Assembly: GCA_010909165.1 (NCBI GenBank)
Contig: MU008169.1
Location: 1,364,001-1,428,000 of the forward strand
Origin: Anthoceros angustus
Lineage: Eukaryota; Plantae; Anthocerotophyta
Length of the DNA: 64,000 nt
Direction: 5' to 3'
This document shows, piece after piece, positions 23,230 to 36,028 of the stretch. How positions within the stretch are numbered: position 1 is the stretch's first letter; each line of letters begins with the position of its first letter. The notes below the pieces were generated by a model that was not told where the DNA came from, ran no database searches, and saw nothing but the letters and a program-made list of their open reading frames with translations. The position numbers and the translations under genes are program-made.

Positions 23230-26200
23230 CCATTTTGCATCCTTCCTCTTCTCCCTCCAGATCATTGCAGCTTGACACACTTTCTTCCCCACATTGTGGT
23301 TTCTTGTCCGTGATGCCTCTACAAACATTGCCACAATATCCTCGCGATCTATACCTGGGAACTCATACTCTACCTTTCTCACTAGTCTCTCCCTCAAACT
23401 CTCTTCGTGTCAGGACCATGGCACCATCAGCTTCATCTTAGCGCACACTATCTCCAACACGCGATGCTGGAAGGCCTTCCTCAACCGTCCTTCTTCATCG
23501 GTCAACTATTCCTCCTCTTCTTCATTCTCCACCCAACCTCCATCGCAAAGCCGACTCACAGCCGTGTACACTCCCCCCATCGCCGCACCTGCTCACGGAG
23601 TGTGATCACATGATAGCTTCTTGCCAACTGTTTCATCAGTTCTCCTATCTCCGCTGGTGTCAATGTAATCGGTATGTCCTCCTTGTCGCAGGAGGTAAGC
23701 ACTTGAATTCATACAAGCACTTCCTCGACAAACAACCAAGCAAAACAAATCTAATACGCAGATATATAGGTGCAAACCAATAACAAGGAGGGAGTAGCTG
23801 CATGTCGTGGCACAAACATACACTCCCCACGAGAACAATACGCAAATTCCTCATACATCGCCTCTCGGTCATAGCTTTGGCCTCCTCACAACACCCTTGC
23901 ATTGCATATAGAGGACAAGCTATGATCCGAGCTTGTCCTCAATGGAAGGGTCTATATATACTAACCCTTGGCATCGGCATATTCTAAGATATCCTATTGG
24001 CATCGATATGCCGAAAATATCCTAAGAATACGCTATAATATACGAGGAATATGCTAAAGCATATTACTTAGCTTATCCACTTAGCTATTGTATCCTAAGA
24101 ATACACTATACTATGCAAGGAATATGCCAAAGCATATTACTTGAGCTTATCCACTTAGCTATTGCTAACCATATTTAATTAACACTAATCAATGCTTAAT
24201 TAACATAAGCACCTTAGATTAATTAACACTAATTACTTACTTGAAGATAAGTAATTAGATTAATTAATGCTAATCAAACACTAAACCCAAGTGCAGAGAT
24301 TAAACATGATAATTTTTGAAGGGGGTGAATAATCTCGAAGGGGGTTTTCCGCAAATAATCTTTGAAGGGGGTTTTTGATGGGCCCTAAAACAGCGTTTTG
24401 AAGGCATTGCGAAAAACATTCAAAAAAGGGTGTCACCAAGAAGTTACTACTTTCCATCCAAAGAATGTTTGTGTCGAATGGTGGTCACAAACTCGAACCT
24501 ACGGAATAATGCAAAGTAGGAGCGGTGAGGTGAGGAAGGCGTTCTGGAAGGGACTATACTCGCTTTGGGAGGAAAATGTGGATTGTTATGACACCACAAA
24601 GCCACAGACGGTATTTCCTAACACAAAGAACATCGCAACGGACTTACAACATTAACTCGGGACCGGAAAAACGAGATTTTAGTTTCACTCATCCCCGAGT
24701 TCAATCCTTCGTCATCACTTGGTCCGACTTCTCCTCCATTGTCATCATTATCTTGGGCACTTTGACTCGCAGTTGTATTAAGCCACGCCACTCGAGCTTA
24801 TCCCTATCGCTTTTGCATCCTTCCTCTTCTCCCCGGATCATCACTTGACACACTTTCTTCCCCACATTGTGGTTTCTTGTCCGTGATGATGCTCTACAAC
24901 ATTGCCACAATATCCTCGCGATCTATACCGAACTCATACTCTACCTTTCTCACTAGTCTCTCCCTCAAACTCTCTTCGTGTCAGGACCATGGCACCATCA
25001 GCTTCATCTTAGCGCACACTATCTCCAACACGCGATGCTGGAAGGCCTTCCTCAACCGTCCTTCTTCATCGGTCAACTATTCCTCCTCTTCTTCATTCTC
25101 CACCCAACCTCCATCGCAAAGCCGACTCACAGCCGTGTACACTCCCCATGCAAATGCATACACGGAGTGACGCCTGATGGCTTACGCCAACTGTCACCGC
25201 CTCCTATCTCCGCACAATGTAATCGGTATGTCCTCCTTGTCGCGAGGAGGTAAGCACTTAATTCATACAAGCACTTCCTCGACAAACAACCAAGCAAAAC
25301 AAATCTAATACGCAGATATATAGGTGCAAACCAATAACAAGGAGGGAGTAGCTGCATGTCGTGGCACAAACATACACTCCCCACGAGAACAACATGCAAA
25401 TTCCTCATACATCGCCTTGAGTCATAGCTTTGGCCTCCTCACAACACCTCAGATTGCATATAGAGGACAAGCTATGATCCGAGCTTGTCCTCAATGGAAG
25501 GGTCTATATATACTAACCCTTGGCATCGGCATATTCTAAGATATCCTATCGCATCGATATGCCGAAAATATCCTAAGAATACGCTATAATATGCAAGGAA
25601 TATGCTAAAGCATATTACTTGAGCTTATCCACTTAGCTATTGTATCCTAAGAATACACTATACTATGCAAGGAATATGCCAAAGCATATTACTTGAGCTT
25701 ATCCACTTAGCTATTGTAACCATATTTAATTAACACTAATCAATGCTTAATTAAGCATTTTAGCATTAACACTAATTACTTACTTGAAGATAAGTAATTA
25801 GATTAATTAATGCTAATCAAACACTAAACCCAAGTGCAGAGATTAAACATGATAATTTTTGAAGGGTGAATAATCTCAAGGGGTTTTCATAAATAATCTT
25901 TGAAGGGGTTTTGATGGGCCCTAAAGCTTTTGAAGGCATTGCGAAAAACATTCAAAAAAGGGTGTCACCCAAGAAAGTTACTACTTTCCATCCAAAGAAT
26001 GTTTGTGTCGAATGGTGGTCACAAACTCGAACCTACGGAATAATGCAAAGTAGGAGCGAGGAAGGCCGCTCACGGAAGGGACTAAACTCGCTTTGGGAGG
26101 AAAATGTGGATTGTTATGACACCACAAAGCCACGACATGTATTTCCTAACACAAAGAACATCAAGAACTTACTTACAACATTAACTCGGGACCCCGGGAA

Positions 26201-26345
26201 AAACGAGATTTTAGTTTCACTCATCCCCGAGTTCAATCCTTCGTCATCACTTGGTCCATTTTCCTCCATTGTCATCATTATCTTATGCACTTTGACTCGC
26301 AGTTGTATTAAGCCACGCAACTCGCAGAGCTTATCCCTTATCGCT
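23230..26345 (+). repeat. Direct tandem duplication, unit ~1.54-1.58 kb
   Basis: 'ttttgcatccttcctcttctccc' at 23233 and 24813; TIR start at 24303 and 25846. Confidence 0.9.
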
Positions 26346-27594
26346 TTTTCCACCGCATGACATGTTTAGGAGGAGTACCTCTACACTCGACCGACCAAAT
26401 GCTGGCTCGATTTTAGACGGCATTTGCTTCTAAGGTTAGCCTTCATTCCAAGGTTGCTTCTAAGGTTAGCCCTCTTGAATTTTCGATGGAAGTGCCCGCG
26501 TCAGAAGTGCGTGGAAGGAAGGCCACAATGGGCATGCGGAGGGAGGCGCGGCCGGCGCCCTCCCTATCCGCACCACCCGTCGAGGTCTGGTGGTGCGCGT
26601 GGAGGGATGGCGCCGGCCGGCCCGCCCCGCACTGCACCACCAGTATGCCGATGGGTGGAGGCGCGAGCGGAGGCGCGGCGGCGGCGCCCTCCACGCACCA
26701 CCCATCGTAGGCCCACCACGGGTGGTGCGTGGAGGGAGGCGCCGGCCGGCCGCGCCCCTCGCGGCGCCTTTGTTTGGTGGACCAATAAGTTTGTAATTTG
26801 GGATTGTTGGTTTAGTGTTTGGGAAAAAGGTTTAGTAAAGAATAGGTTTTGGGTTCAAACCCCATATCTTTTCAATAACTCAACTTTGTTGATTTTAAGG
26901 ATGCTTGCATGGGCGCATGGGCAATTAACTTTGTTCATTTTAAGGACGCTAGCATTGCCTTAAAGCCCAAGTGGCTGCATTGAGTGCCAGAAGGTTGAAG
27001 ACTACTTGGCGACCTTTGGATGAGTCGGCCAAACCCTAGATCTTTGTGTGGCGGTCCACACCGGATGGTGGGCCGGGGAATGATACTATTGAAGGCGAGC
27101 AAGCAATGGAGGAAACGATAACTTTGAGGCGGACGATATGGACCGCATCCGAATATGGCGGTGGTTCTTGACTCGGTGTCGATGCAAGGCATGGATGAGT
27201 CGCGGAGCACTCTTCAATGACTATTGTCGATCGATGACCACTCCCTCCTTTAGCGGATGTTTGTTGCAATGTTCTTCTGACGATTAAAATGAGACTCCCT
27301 CTAGTACAGGATTGTTTTCATTGTGTTCCACCACTTCAAAGTAAAAGTTTTTTGGTTGTAATAAACATATAAAAATGGCAGCCCTCTAAACATTCTACAA
27401 AAGCGCGGGCCCCACCCTCATGCTCCAGTTCTAGGGTGTTCACTTGAAGTCGTCTTTTATCAGTATGACCTCGGAAAGGGTGTGTGCATTATCAAAGTAG
27501 GGCACATATCTTTATTCTAGGTAAGGTGTTCTTCGTGACAAGGGGTCTTTGTGATGAAGGGGAATGTATATCCCCCTTCAAAAATTATCGTGTT
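25846..27594 (+). mobile_element. AAC-TIR family copy 2 (1749 bp; left end duplicated at 24303); TSD ATTA
   Basis: Left TIR aacatgataatttttgaaggggg at 24303 (the 25846 duplicate has a shorter G run); right TIR cccccttcaaaaattatcgtgtt ending 27594, 22/23 identical to the 24303 copy. ATTA at 25842-25845, 24299-24302 and 27595-27598. Internal landmarks are collinear with copy 1. Confidence 0.85.
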
Positions 27595-29884
27595 ATTAGT
27601 ATCACACGGCATGACATCCTTCACCTCTTCATCGGCCATTTCCTCATCCACCTCCTCGCTCGCGCTTTCACCGTCCTCGCTACTTCTGGTGTCCACATCC
27701 TTTCCGTTCCCCTTAGCATCATATCCAGGCGTTTTGTGGCCTCCCTCCTCTTGCTTTGCTCCACGGAGCACTGCTATCCCAAGGCAATAGTTTTTGCCAC
27801 GGATAGCGACTTCCTTGTTGGGTTTGCCCTCGATAGCAAACCTAAGCTCTTGCACAAGAGCACGATTGACTCCCTCCCGCCAGCCACATGGTGGGCCTCA
27901 TCGATAGCACCACCATGCTGCTCCCTATGGCCACATTGGTCCCCCTCCTCCGGACACCCGCCAAAGTGGTCCTCTTTTCCAGTTGGCATGACCCTCGCAG
28001 ATTCCTCGTTTGCGATAGCCTGGTCGTCCCCTGCAGCTAATAGCTCCAGCGTTAGCTACACACCTCTTGTAGAAAACCGCTCCCCATGTAGAGCGGTGGC
28101 ACTAAAAAATGGAGGCACTTTAAAGAACTTTTGAAGTCGATGCTGAGTTCATCAAAGGGCGGATGAGATCATAAAGAATACCCATTGTCCTTGGAGGCCA
28201 TTACTACATGGATACTCATCTATCGAACACAGTCGAAGTCAAAGTCAGAGTCAAAGTTAGTCATAGCGAGAGTCTCAGCTGAGAGTCTCAGCTAAAGACA
28301 TAGCTAGAGTCACTGCCATAAGTCGAGCCCAGCCGAAATAGAAGGCCCAGGAGAAATTATAATATAAAGCGGAGTAGAAGGCCATTATTATCACTTTGTC
28401 AACCAGGCTTTTCTTAAGTGTGAGAACAATATTATTTCATACTTGGCAAAGTGTGTTCCACTAATGTAGATGCAACAATGTTCTGATCAAGCCCTTTCCC
28501 CTTTGTATAGGATAAACAAACTCTCATCTAAGAATCTAGTATTCTATTATATGAATCTATTATAGAATCTATTATTCTATGATATATAACTACTCTCAAT
28601 TAAGAATATTTAATAATCTTTAACTAAATTCTTTTAGTTAAAGATTACTAAGTTGGGAAGTATAGAAAGATATATAATACAATACATTATAATAGACATA
28701 TAATAGAATAGTACATTCTATTCTATTATAAAATTGGATCGAAGACTCTAGAATCTCTTTCTAAACATGGTATTTGAAACATTTGAGTTCCATGTTTAAT
28801 TATTTATTTAAATTTATTTAAACATAAAACTTTAACAAAAAATCAATCTAATTTAGTTGAATATGATATACTTACCATGAAGGATAGAGATACTTAACAA
28901 TGATGTTCCTATATAAGATGCTTAAAAACAACGCTCCTATACAGCACAAAATGTTCTCCATCCAAGCACGTGAATGGAGTCCTAGAGGGAACGGATGCCC
29001 TGGTGCTAGTAGCTGAGGCACACCATAGTCCGTCCAAGTTGTCCAAAAAAGTACCAGGTCCATGACGGAAATTCGTCCACACTGGACTTCAATAAAATTC
29101 TTGAATTCTTCCTAGCCTAGATTCCTTACAGGGTAGATAATGTAATTGAACCTGGTAAGTACATACGTGTAAGCGAGATGGAGACCCAGTTGTCGGTGTA
29201 TTGTGCAGGCACGTGTGCGGTAATGCTGAGCAAGGGTTAAGGGGGCGCGCTTCCGAGATACGTGATTGGCCCATTCCGGAAATCTGAGAGGAGCTTTGCT
29301 GACGACCGACACGTATGTATTTCAGGGCCTTCAAAATGGGCCGCTCGTCATGCCTTCCTTCACCCAACATTTGGAATTGGCACATTGAATTGCCTGCGAA
29401 AATTCAGCGCTATTGCACTGCAATCCTTGCTTCCGCACAATTTCACGGTATGCAAGTGGAGTTGAGATGTCCAAAGAGCGCTGAACGTTCTCATATACCA
29501 CCGTAGAATTTGGAATGTAGGATGTCTCGGTGGCAGCCTGCGGACCAAGGCTGGATGCCCATATTTCTGACGATCCTGTCCTTCCCGCTCCGTTACACGC
29601 TGACAGGCACGGGTTTGCTGTAGGCGTGATTGCAGTGAGCAATGCGGGTAGGAGCGCAGCCAGTGCCTGGTCTGTCCAGCTCTGAATTTGGCAGCTCCTG
29701 ACTCACATCGGGACGGGGCAGGAACTCCCTTTTCATCACTGTATGTGGGTGCCTACAGCCTTACAGCATGTTCTTTGGCGCCGGCTTTGTCCTTGAATTT
29801 CGTAACTAATGACGAAGCTGCTGAAACTTGTGCTTGGGCCCTTCCTCAGTTCCTTGCATCCGCTTGTCCCATCCCGCAGCTGTT

Positions 29885-32800
29885 ATGATGGCAAGCGGAT
29901 TCGGCATTGCAAGGTGTCCACATTCTTGCTTGTATCCCCCGAGGCAGAAGTTGGGTGCTGAAGGACGTGGTTTTGCTTGGCCTTGCGTCGGCCGTTTGGG
30001 AAAGAAGAATTTGGCGTTGGGAGGTCTGCAGGTGGATAGGAATGAGGGTGGAGTTCGGTTTGTGAGGAGCCGTGTTAAGAGTGAGAGACTGGGTAAGACT
30101 CATTTGGCAAAGCTTTCAGAAGCTATTATGGACGACAAGCAGGAAGAAACTGATCAACTGAAGACAGTCTACATTCATTACCACCGGTATTTGACGAAGT
30201 CATCCTGAGTTGGTCGCTCATCTGCCGGTGCACATCCTTGGCACCAGCAGGCTGTCACTGTTGTTTCGCATTGCCGTTGCTTCAGGAGAGATGGGAAATA
30301 CGATAATTGGGGGTTGCATGTTTGGGGGAGCACAGAAGTCCAAACCCCCTGGCACAGCCCCCTTCATCCATCGGGAACAGACGACTTCGGTGTGTTTTGG
30401 GAAGTTCGAGCGCAGTCTACTGGCGATGTGCATTTTCTTGTGCATGCAGGAGAGAATAAGGTTCGTTGTTCGACCACCTTGCTTTACCTGCTTGTTTGGA
30501 GACAAGCTTGTCCGCAGGGTTGGCCTTCTTGGTGCTTTTGGACGGCTGGCAGCAAAGCTTAAGATTTGAAATTCTGCGCAGGACGTTTCGGGTTTGCTGG
30601 ATGCTTCCACCAATAGCACTGTGTGGCTCGTAGCGGAACAATCGAATATCTTCCTCGAGGAGCCTGATTTATCATCGATCCCTCTGGTACTTCCGAAGGT
30701 CCCTTTTCTTGGTTAAAGTAAGTGCAGCGGGGAGTTGTGTCCAGGAGTTATTTTGATCCTGATTAGCTATGGGGCTACAGGGGAATTTGTCTCTGGCCAG
30801 AGCCTTTTGGGTTTCAGAAAACCTCATTGGCTGGCCCTATTCGTTGGGGAACGCCCAATTTTATCTCCATGCCAGTAATCAAGCTGCCTTGCATCTTACT
30901 GGGAAAGGTGTTGAAGGTGAGGGTACTTTCTGCAGTAGCGTTGGTCTGCAGCACCTTGTTTGTCTGCTAATGTCCTTGGTAGTGCAGGTTCCGACAAGAA
31001 AATCAAGCTAGAAATTGATCGTGGCGGTCTTCCAGCCGAGGTTAGTGCAACCTTTCCGTTCCTTTCTGACAAACAGGTACCGTATTTGCTCCAGAAGTTG
31101 CAAATTCGATGGTTATCTTTGGCGTCGTCACGGTGTAGGTATTGGAGAGATTCCCTCACATTAAAGATTATGTTGCTCTCCGATTGCCTTCCGGTGAGAA
31201 GGTACGGGAGTTGGTGAAGAGCCAACTGGCGGTGGCGTCCGTCGACAGTGAGTGCTTCTCGACATGCCTTTACTGCCCACTTGGTTTACATTGATCTGTA
31301 ACTGACAAGAGGGCCCCCATGCAGTAGATGGAGTACCTATAGATGCCTCAGGCGTTCAGCTCCCAGGAGTTCTTGATGATGTTTTTGCATTCGATGGGAA
31401 CTTGGGACCTACGTTTTCAGGAAGCAATGTTGGCCTCCACGTGTGGGCCCCTACAGCGCAGGTATGCACCGTCTTACGGGTGACCTCAATTTCCTGAAAC
31501 TAGGTGCCTCTGTCATCCTTATCAGAGGTCGAATCTATTGCATTGGTCTCACTGGAACGTGTGTAGAATGTTCGTCTGCTGTTGTACTCTTCTCCCTCAG
31601 GTGGAGACCCGGAGAAGGTGGTTCAGATGAAGGAGCAGGATGGTGTTTGGAGTGTTGTTGGACCTTTGTCCTGGAAAGGATTGTACTATCTTTACGAGGT
31701 TACCGTGTTCCATCCAACCACGCTGCGGATTGAAAAGTCCTTTGCTAATGATCCCTACTCTCGAGGGTATGTGTGCCCAAAAGCTTGACATACTTTCTTC
31801 AGTGTGGATTGTGTGGTGGCTTGTTATTTCGTTGCTTTTTATTGCAGATCTTTACATGTTTTTATACCATGTCTTGTCATAGCAAAATTTGAGTTGTACG
31901 TTTATGTGGACCAGTCTTTCCGCAAATGGAGAGCGGTCTCTCATTGTTGATCTCTCAGAAGCTTCACTCCAGCCTGAAGGATGGGAAAACCTTGCAGCTG
32001 GAAAGCGGAAGCTTGAGAGCTTTAATGACATTGCCATTTACGAGTTGCACATACGAGACTTCAGGTTGACTGCAACTTTGAAGTAACGCATCTCTATTGA
32101 TGTCTCTTCTCTTGATACAGAAGTGATCCTAAGTTTTTTTCCGGTTTGTTACAGTATCAGCGATGAAAATGTGCAGCCAGGCCTAAGAGGCACATACTTG
32201 GCATTCGCGGAAAAGGTAAAGGCCTTGTGTGAAAGGTCCAAGAAATGAGGAGCTGCTTTTGGTAGCGTTTTAGCTTCCTTTCCTCTGCGGTCTGATTCCA
32301 GTGAACTTTGTGATTGACTCGTACAGTTATGCTGCTGATTAGAATAGTGCAGGTGTAGCTCACCTCCAGCGGTTGGCCAAAGCTGGTCTCACCCACGTGC
32401 ATCTCCTTCCCAGCTTTGACTTCGCGTCTGTTGATGAGAGAAAATCCACGTGGCAAGTTGTTGGTAAAAACCTGTTTCCAATCTTTGTTGCCGTCAACTT
32501 GACATGCGTAGATTAGTTGCCTGAAGACTAACAGTTCCTTAGTGAATTGCAACAGATGCTGAGAGATTGGGTTCATTACCTCCAGACTCTGAAGAACAAC
32601 AAGCTGCAGTTGTGGCTATACAGGATAAAGATGGATTTAACTGGGGGTGCGAACTAAACTCACTACTCTTCCCGGTGTTTACGTTTTTTACATTTCGTCC
32701 ATGGCAGGCAGCCATGGTTAAGCATGCTGCAGGGCAAGGGCCAGTCTTTCACACTCCTCTAAGTAAGGGGATAAATCATGCAGATATGATCCTGTAAATT

Positions 32801-35800
32801 GGGGTGTCCCTGATGGGAGTTACTCGACAGATCCAAATGGAACAGCTCGAATCGTTGAGTATAGGAAGATGGTGCAAGTATGTGTAATCCCAAGTGCTGC
32901 AGTTGGTGGTCATGGTTTGGCCTAGTGACGCTGATCTATCCAGAGATAAAATTGACCTTTGTCTGTGTTGCTTTAGGCACTCAACGGTATAGGTCTTCGT
33001 GTGGTGCTCGACGTGGTGTACAACCATTTGCATGCTAGCGGACCACGTGACAACTACTCAGTGCTTGACAAGGTACGTGGTTTATAACTGGTCGGAATGG
33101 AGATAAGTCTGAACCATTATACAAACATTTGTGGGTTGTCTGCCTGTAGGTTGTACCTGGTTACTACTTAAGGCGCAATAGGGATGGTGCAATAGAGAAC
33201 AGCACTTGTGTGAACAACACAGCAAGCGAACATTACATGGTCGATCGGCTCATAGTTGATGACCTCGTGCATTGGGCTAAAAATTACAAGGTAATGGAAA
33301 TCGATCTTTTCTGTAGGCGTAAGGTGAAGGCAGTGCTGTTGATGAAAAGTTCATGTATCCTACCTCGTGGCTGTCTGGACAGGTGGATGGATTTCGGTTT
33401 GATCTGATGGGACACATCATGAAAAGGACGATGGTACATCAAACATTCACGAGCTCTTGTCTTCTTTCATGGACAAATTGATGCTAGAGTCTGGTCCATG
33501 ATGTTTGCCCTTGGACCTCTGATCAGGTTCGTGCCAAGAAGCTTCTGAGAAGCTTAACTGTGGAAAGGGATGGAGTTGATGGCTCCAAGATCTATCTGTA
33601 CGTCTCCACGCTTGGGCCTCTCGAGATACATGAATTATGCAGACTAGAAAGCTCTGAGATGACGTGCCTCACTATGTCCTCAATATTTTGCTTCAGTCAG
33701 ATCTGAGATGTCCAAATTTTCAAACCTGACAAAACCAGCGTCTGAGTCTTGTCTTGTCAACTGACCCGTGTTTCACAGCTACGGGGAAGGCTGGAACTTT
33801 GGAGAGGTTGCCAACAATGGTCGAGGAGTCAATGCTGCACAGCATAATCTCGCTGGCACAGGGATTGGAAGGTATTTTCTTTCTACTCTTTCCAGAAGTT
33901 GGTATCTGTGCCCGAGGCTGTATATCACAACATCATCGGGGGCTATCTTGCACTGTTCACAGTTTCAATGATCGAATCCGGGACACAGCACTAGGTGGTT
34001 CGCCCTTTGGTGATCCCCTGCAACAGGGATTTCTGACAGGTCTATCGCTTCAGGTGAATGTCTTGAGTGCGCTAATCTTAGTATTCTGTGCAAAGAGTAC
34101 GATTTCCAACATTTGTGGCTGTGACCTTCATCCTACCTTCTGAGTAACTTGCAGCCAAACGAACTCGATCAAGGGGATGAGACAGCAATGGCCAATTCTC
34201 TAGCAGCAACAACTGATTGGATTCAAGTAAGTATTTGTTCATCTGATCCTGTGCATGTTAATCATGTGTCACGTCAATGCTGGGCATGCTAGTAATTTGG
34301 CTGGGCATCGTGCACCATGCATCTGGCTAATTCTATCTGTGTGGCCCAAACATAATAACAACACGGCACTGGTTGCAGCTTGGGCTTGCTGGCAATTTGC
34401 GGGATTATTCGTTCGTAAGTCACAATGGTGTGGAGGTATGATGGCCGTTTTTCATGAAGCGTCAAAGATGTTAGAATTTGCTCGTATGTCAGTTTTACCG
34501 TGCATTCCCATTCGCAGGTGAAAGGGTCTGAAGTTCTCACCCACGATGGAGTGCCAGTGGCATATGCTGAGAGTCCTGAAGAGCTGGTAAGTGCTTATGT
34601 CAAGTAGCCCTATTTTGAAGTATCATGCCAGGCCAAGATCTGAGAGCAGCGTTGGTGAACCTGACATGGCTTGATTGGCAGGTGAACTACGTTTCAGCCC
34701 ATGACAATGAAACGCTCTTTGATGTCATCATGCTGAAAGTGAGTTCGTCCAGTGCTGACTGTTCTGATATTCACTCTCTTGCTGATAGTTCTCTATCATC
34801 CACTCTTGCTGATGGTTCTTGTGGGTATGTGCAGTCTGCCAAAGAGGTGTCGCTCGAGCAGAGATGTCGCATAAACCATCTAGCGTCGGCCATTGTGGCT
34901 CTGGCACAGGTTTCAATTTCTTCCCCTCGTGTTCCGTATACGTAAATTAGGTGTGCATTCACTCAGGGCTTCAAGCTTTCGCGCAGGGTGTGCCTTTCTT
35001 CCATGCTGGTGATGAAATTCTACGGTCCAAGTCTTTGGATAGAGATTCGTACAACTCGGGAGACTGGTTTAACAAGTAAGCAGATGGACGAGTGAGCAAC
35101 AGCTTCCGTTTAGTCTCATGCAAATTCTATCTTCATGCTGACTTGTGCACACAGGCTGGATTTCACGTATGCAACAAACAACTTCGGCGTTGGTCTTCCT
35201 CCGAAAAGCAAGAATGGGAGCAAGTGGCCCATGTAAGCGTTTTCTGTTTGGTGCGAGAGCAGTTACTTCCTCGAGCTTGTGTATGACTGGATGGTGCTTG
35301 CAGAATGCGCAAGCTATTGGCTGATCCCGCTCTCAAGCCAACCAAGCAACATATTCTCGCAGCCATGGAAAACTTCCAAGAACTCCTGAGAATCCGTTTC
35401 TCCTCTCCCCTTTTTCGACTGAGGACTGCAGCTGCCGTACAGGTAATTCTCACTTCCCAGCAATGACATCCGGTAAGAAAGGAGAACGTGGTCTCTCAGG
35501 AACATGTCATGTGCAGGCAAGACTTAAATTCCTCAACAAAGGAGAAGGTGAAACTCCCGGTGCCATTGTAATGCTCCTGGAAGATGGAAATGATGGAGAA
35601 GCTGGGCTGCCGCAACTTGATATCAAGTAACCACTTCTTCTGTGTCCTCCCTTGATGGGTTTGCCTTCTGAGACAATTCATGTTACTCTGCAAAACCTAA
35701 TCCCGCCTCCTGACCGACAGCTACCGTCGAGTCGTGGTGATCTTCAATGCCCGTCCAACCAGACTCATATCTGACGTGCCAGATGTGAGAGGAGTGGGGC

Positions 35801-36028
35801 TCGCCCTTCATCCCGTACAGGTGCACATAAATGGACAACCACAGTAGTTATGCTGCCCTGCTCCGTTTATCCAACTCTTTTGTGATCTGAATCAGACTAG
35901 CTCTGCTGCAGATGTCATCACATGACCCTGTGGTACGAACGTCGACTTTTGATCCCGACCGAGGTGTATTCGTGGTCCCAGCTCGCACTGTAGCTGTCTT
36001 CGTTGAACCTCGACACGGAGGAGCATGA
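29885..36028 (+). CDS. PU1: Plastid pullulanase / limit dextrinase (GH13 debranching enzyme), ~30 exons, ~1080 aa, with N-terminal CBM41-like domain
   Basis: All introns GT-AG and the frame is continuous. Transit-peptide-like exon 1 (29885-30186). Motifs [108 protein letters not shown]; ends [16 protein letters not shown]. Confidence 0.97.

Larger units (their letters stand above)
22320..28085 (-). pseudogene. Decayed TnpA-like (Ptta/En/Spm-type) gene relic: acidic piece ~27600-28085, main piece ~22320-23700, partly duplicated at ~24830-25260
   Basis: LRKAFQHRVLEIV...RERLVRKVEYEFPG...HPPNVSTKAWKRVVEH...LGPMGAKEFEKQYV resembles, from memory, En/Spm ORF2 proteins. Multiple stops. The AAC-TIR element sits in the intervening AT-rich stretch. 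Confidence 0.35.

Noticed and set aside
24305-24390. GAAGGGGG repeats read as an outward-facing MULE terminus
   Set aside because: Homology with copy 1 continues past this point, and the true end lies at 24303 with a 4-bp TSD.
24420-24655. LWEENVDCYD as a CACTA tnp2 (Transposase_21) fragment
   Set aside because: Only about ten residues match, surrounding tnp2 motifs are absent, and the coding strand of this segment is ambiguous.
29800-36000. ORF-track entries overlapping or antisense to the pullulanase gene
   Set aside because: Explained as exon read-through into introns or as shadow frames.
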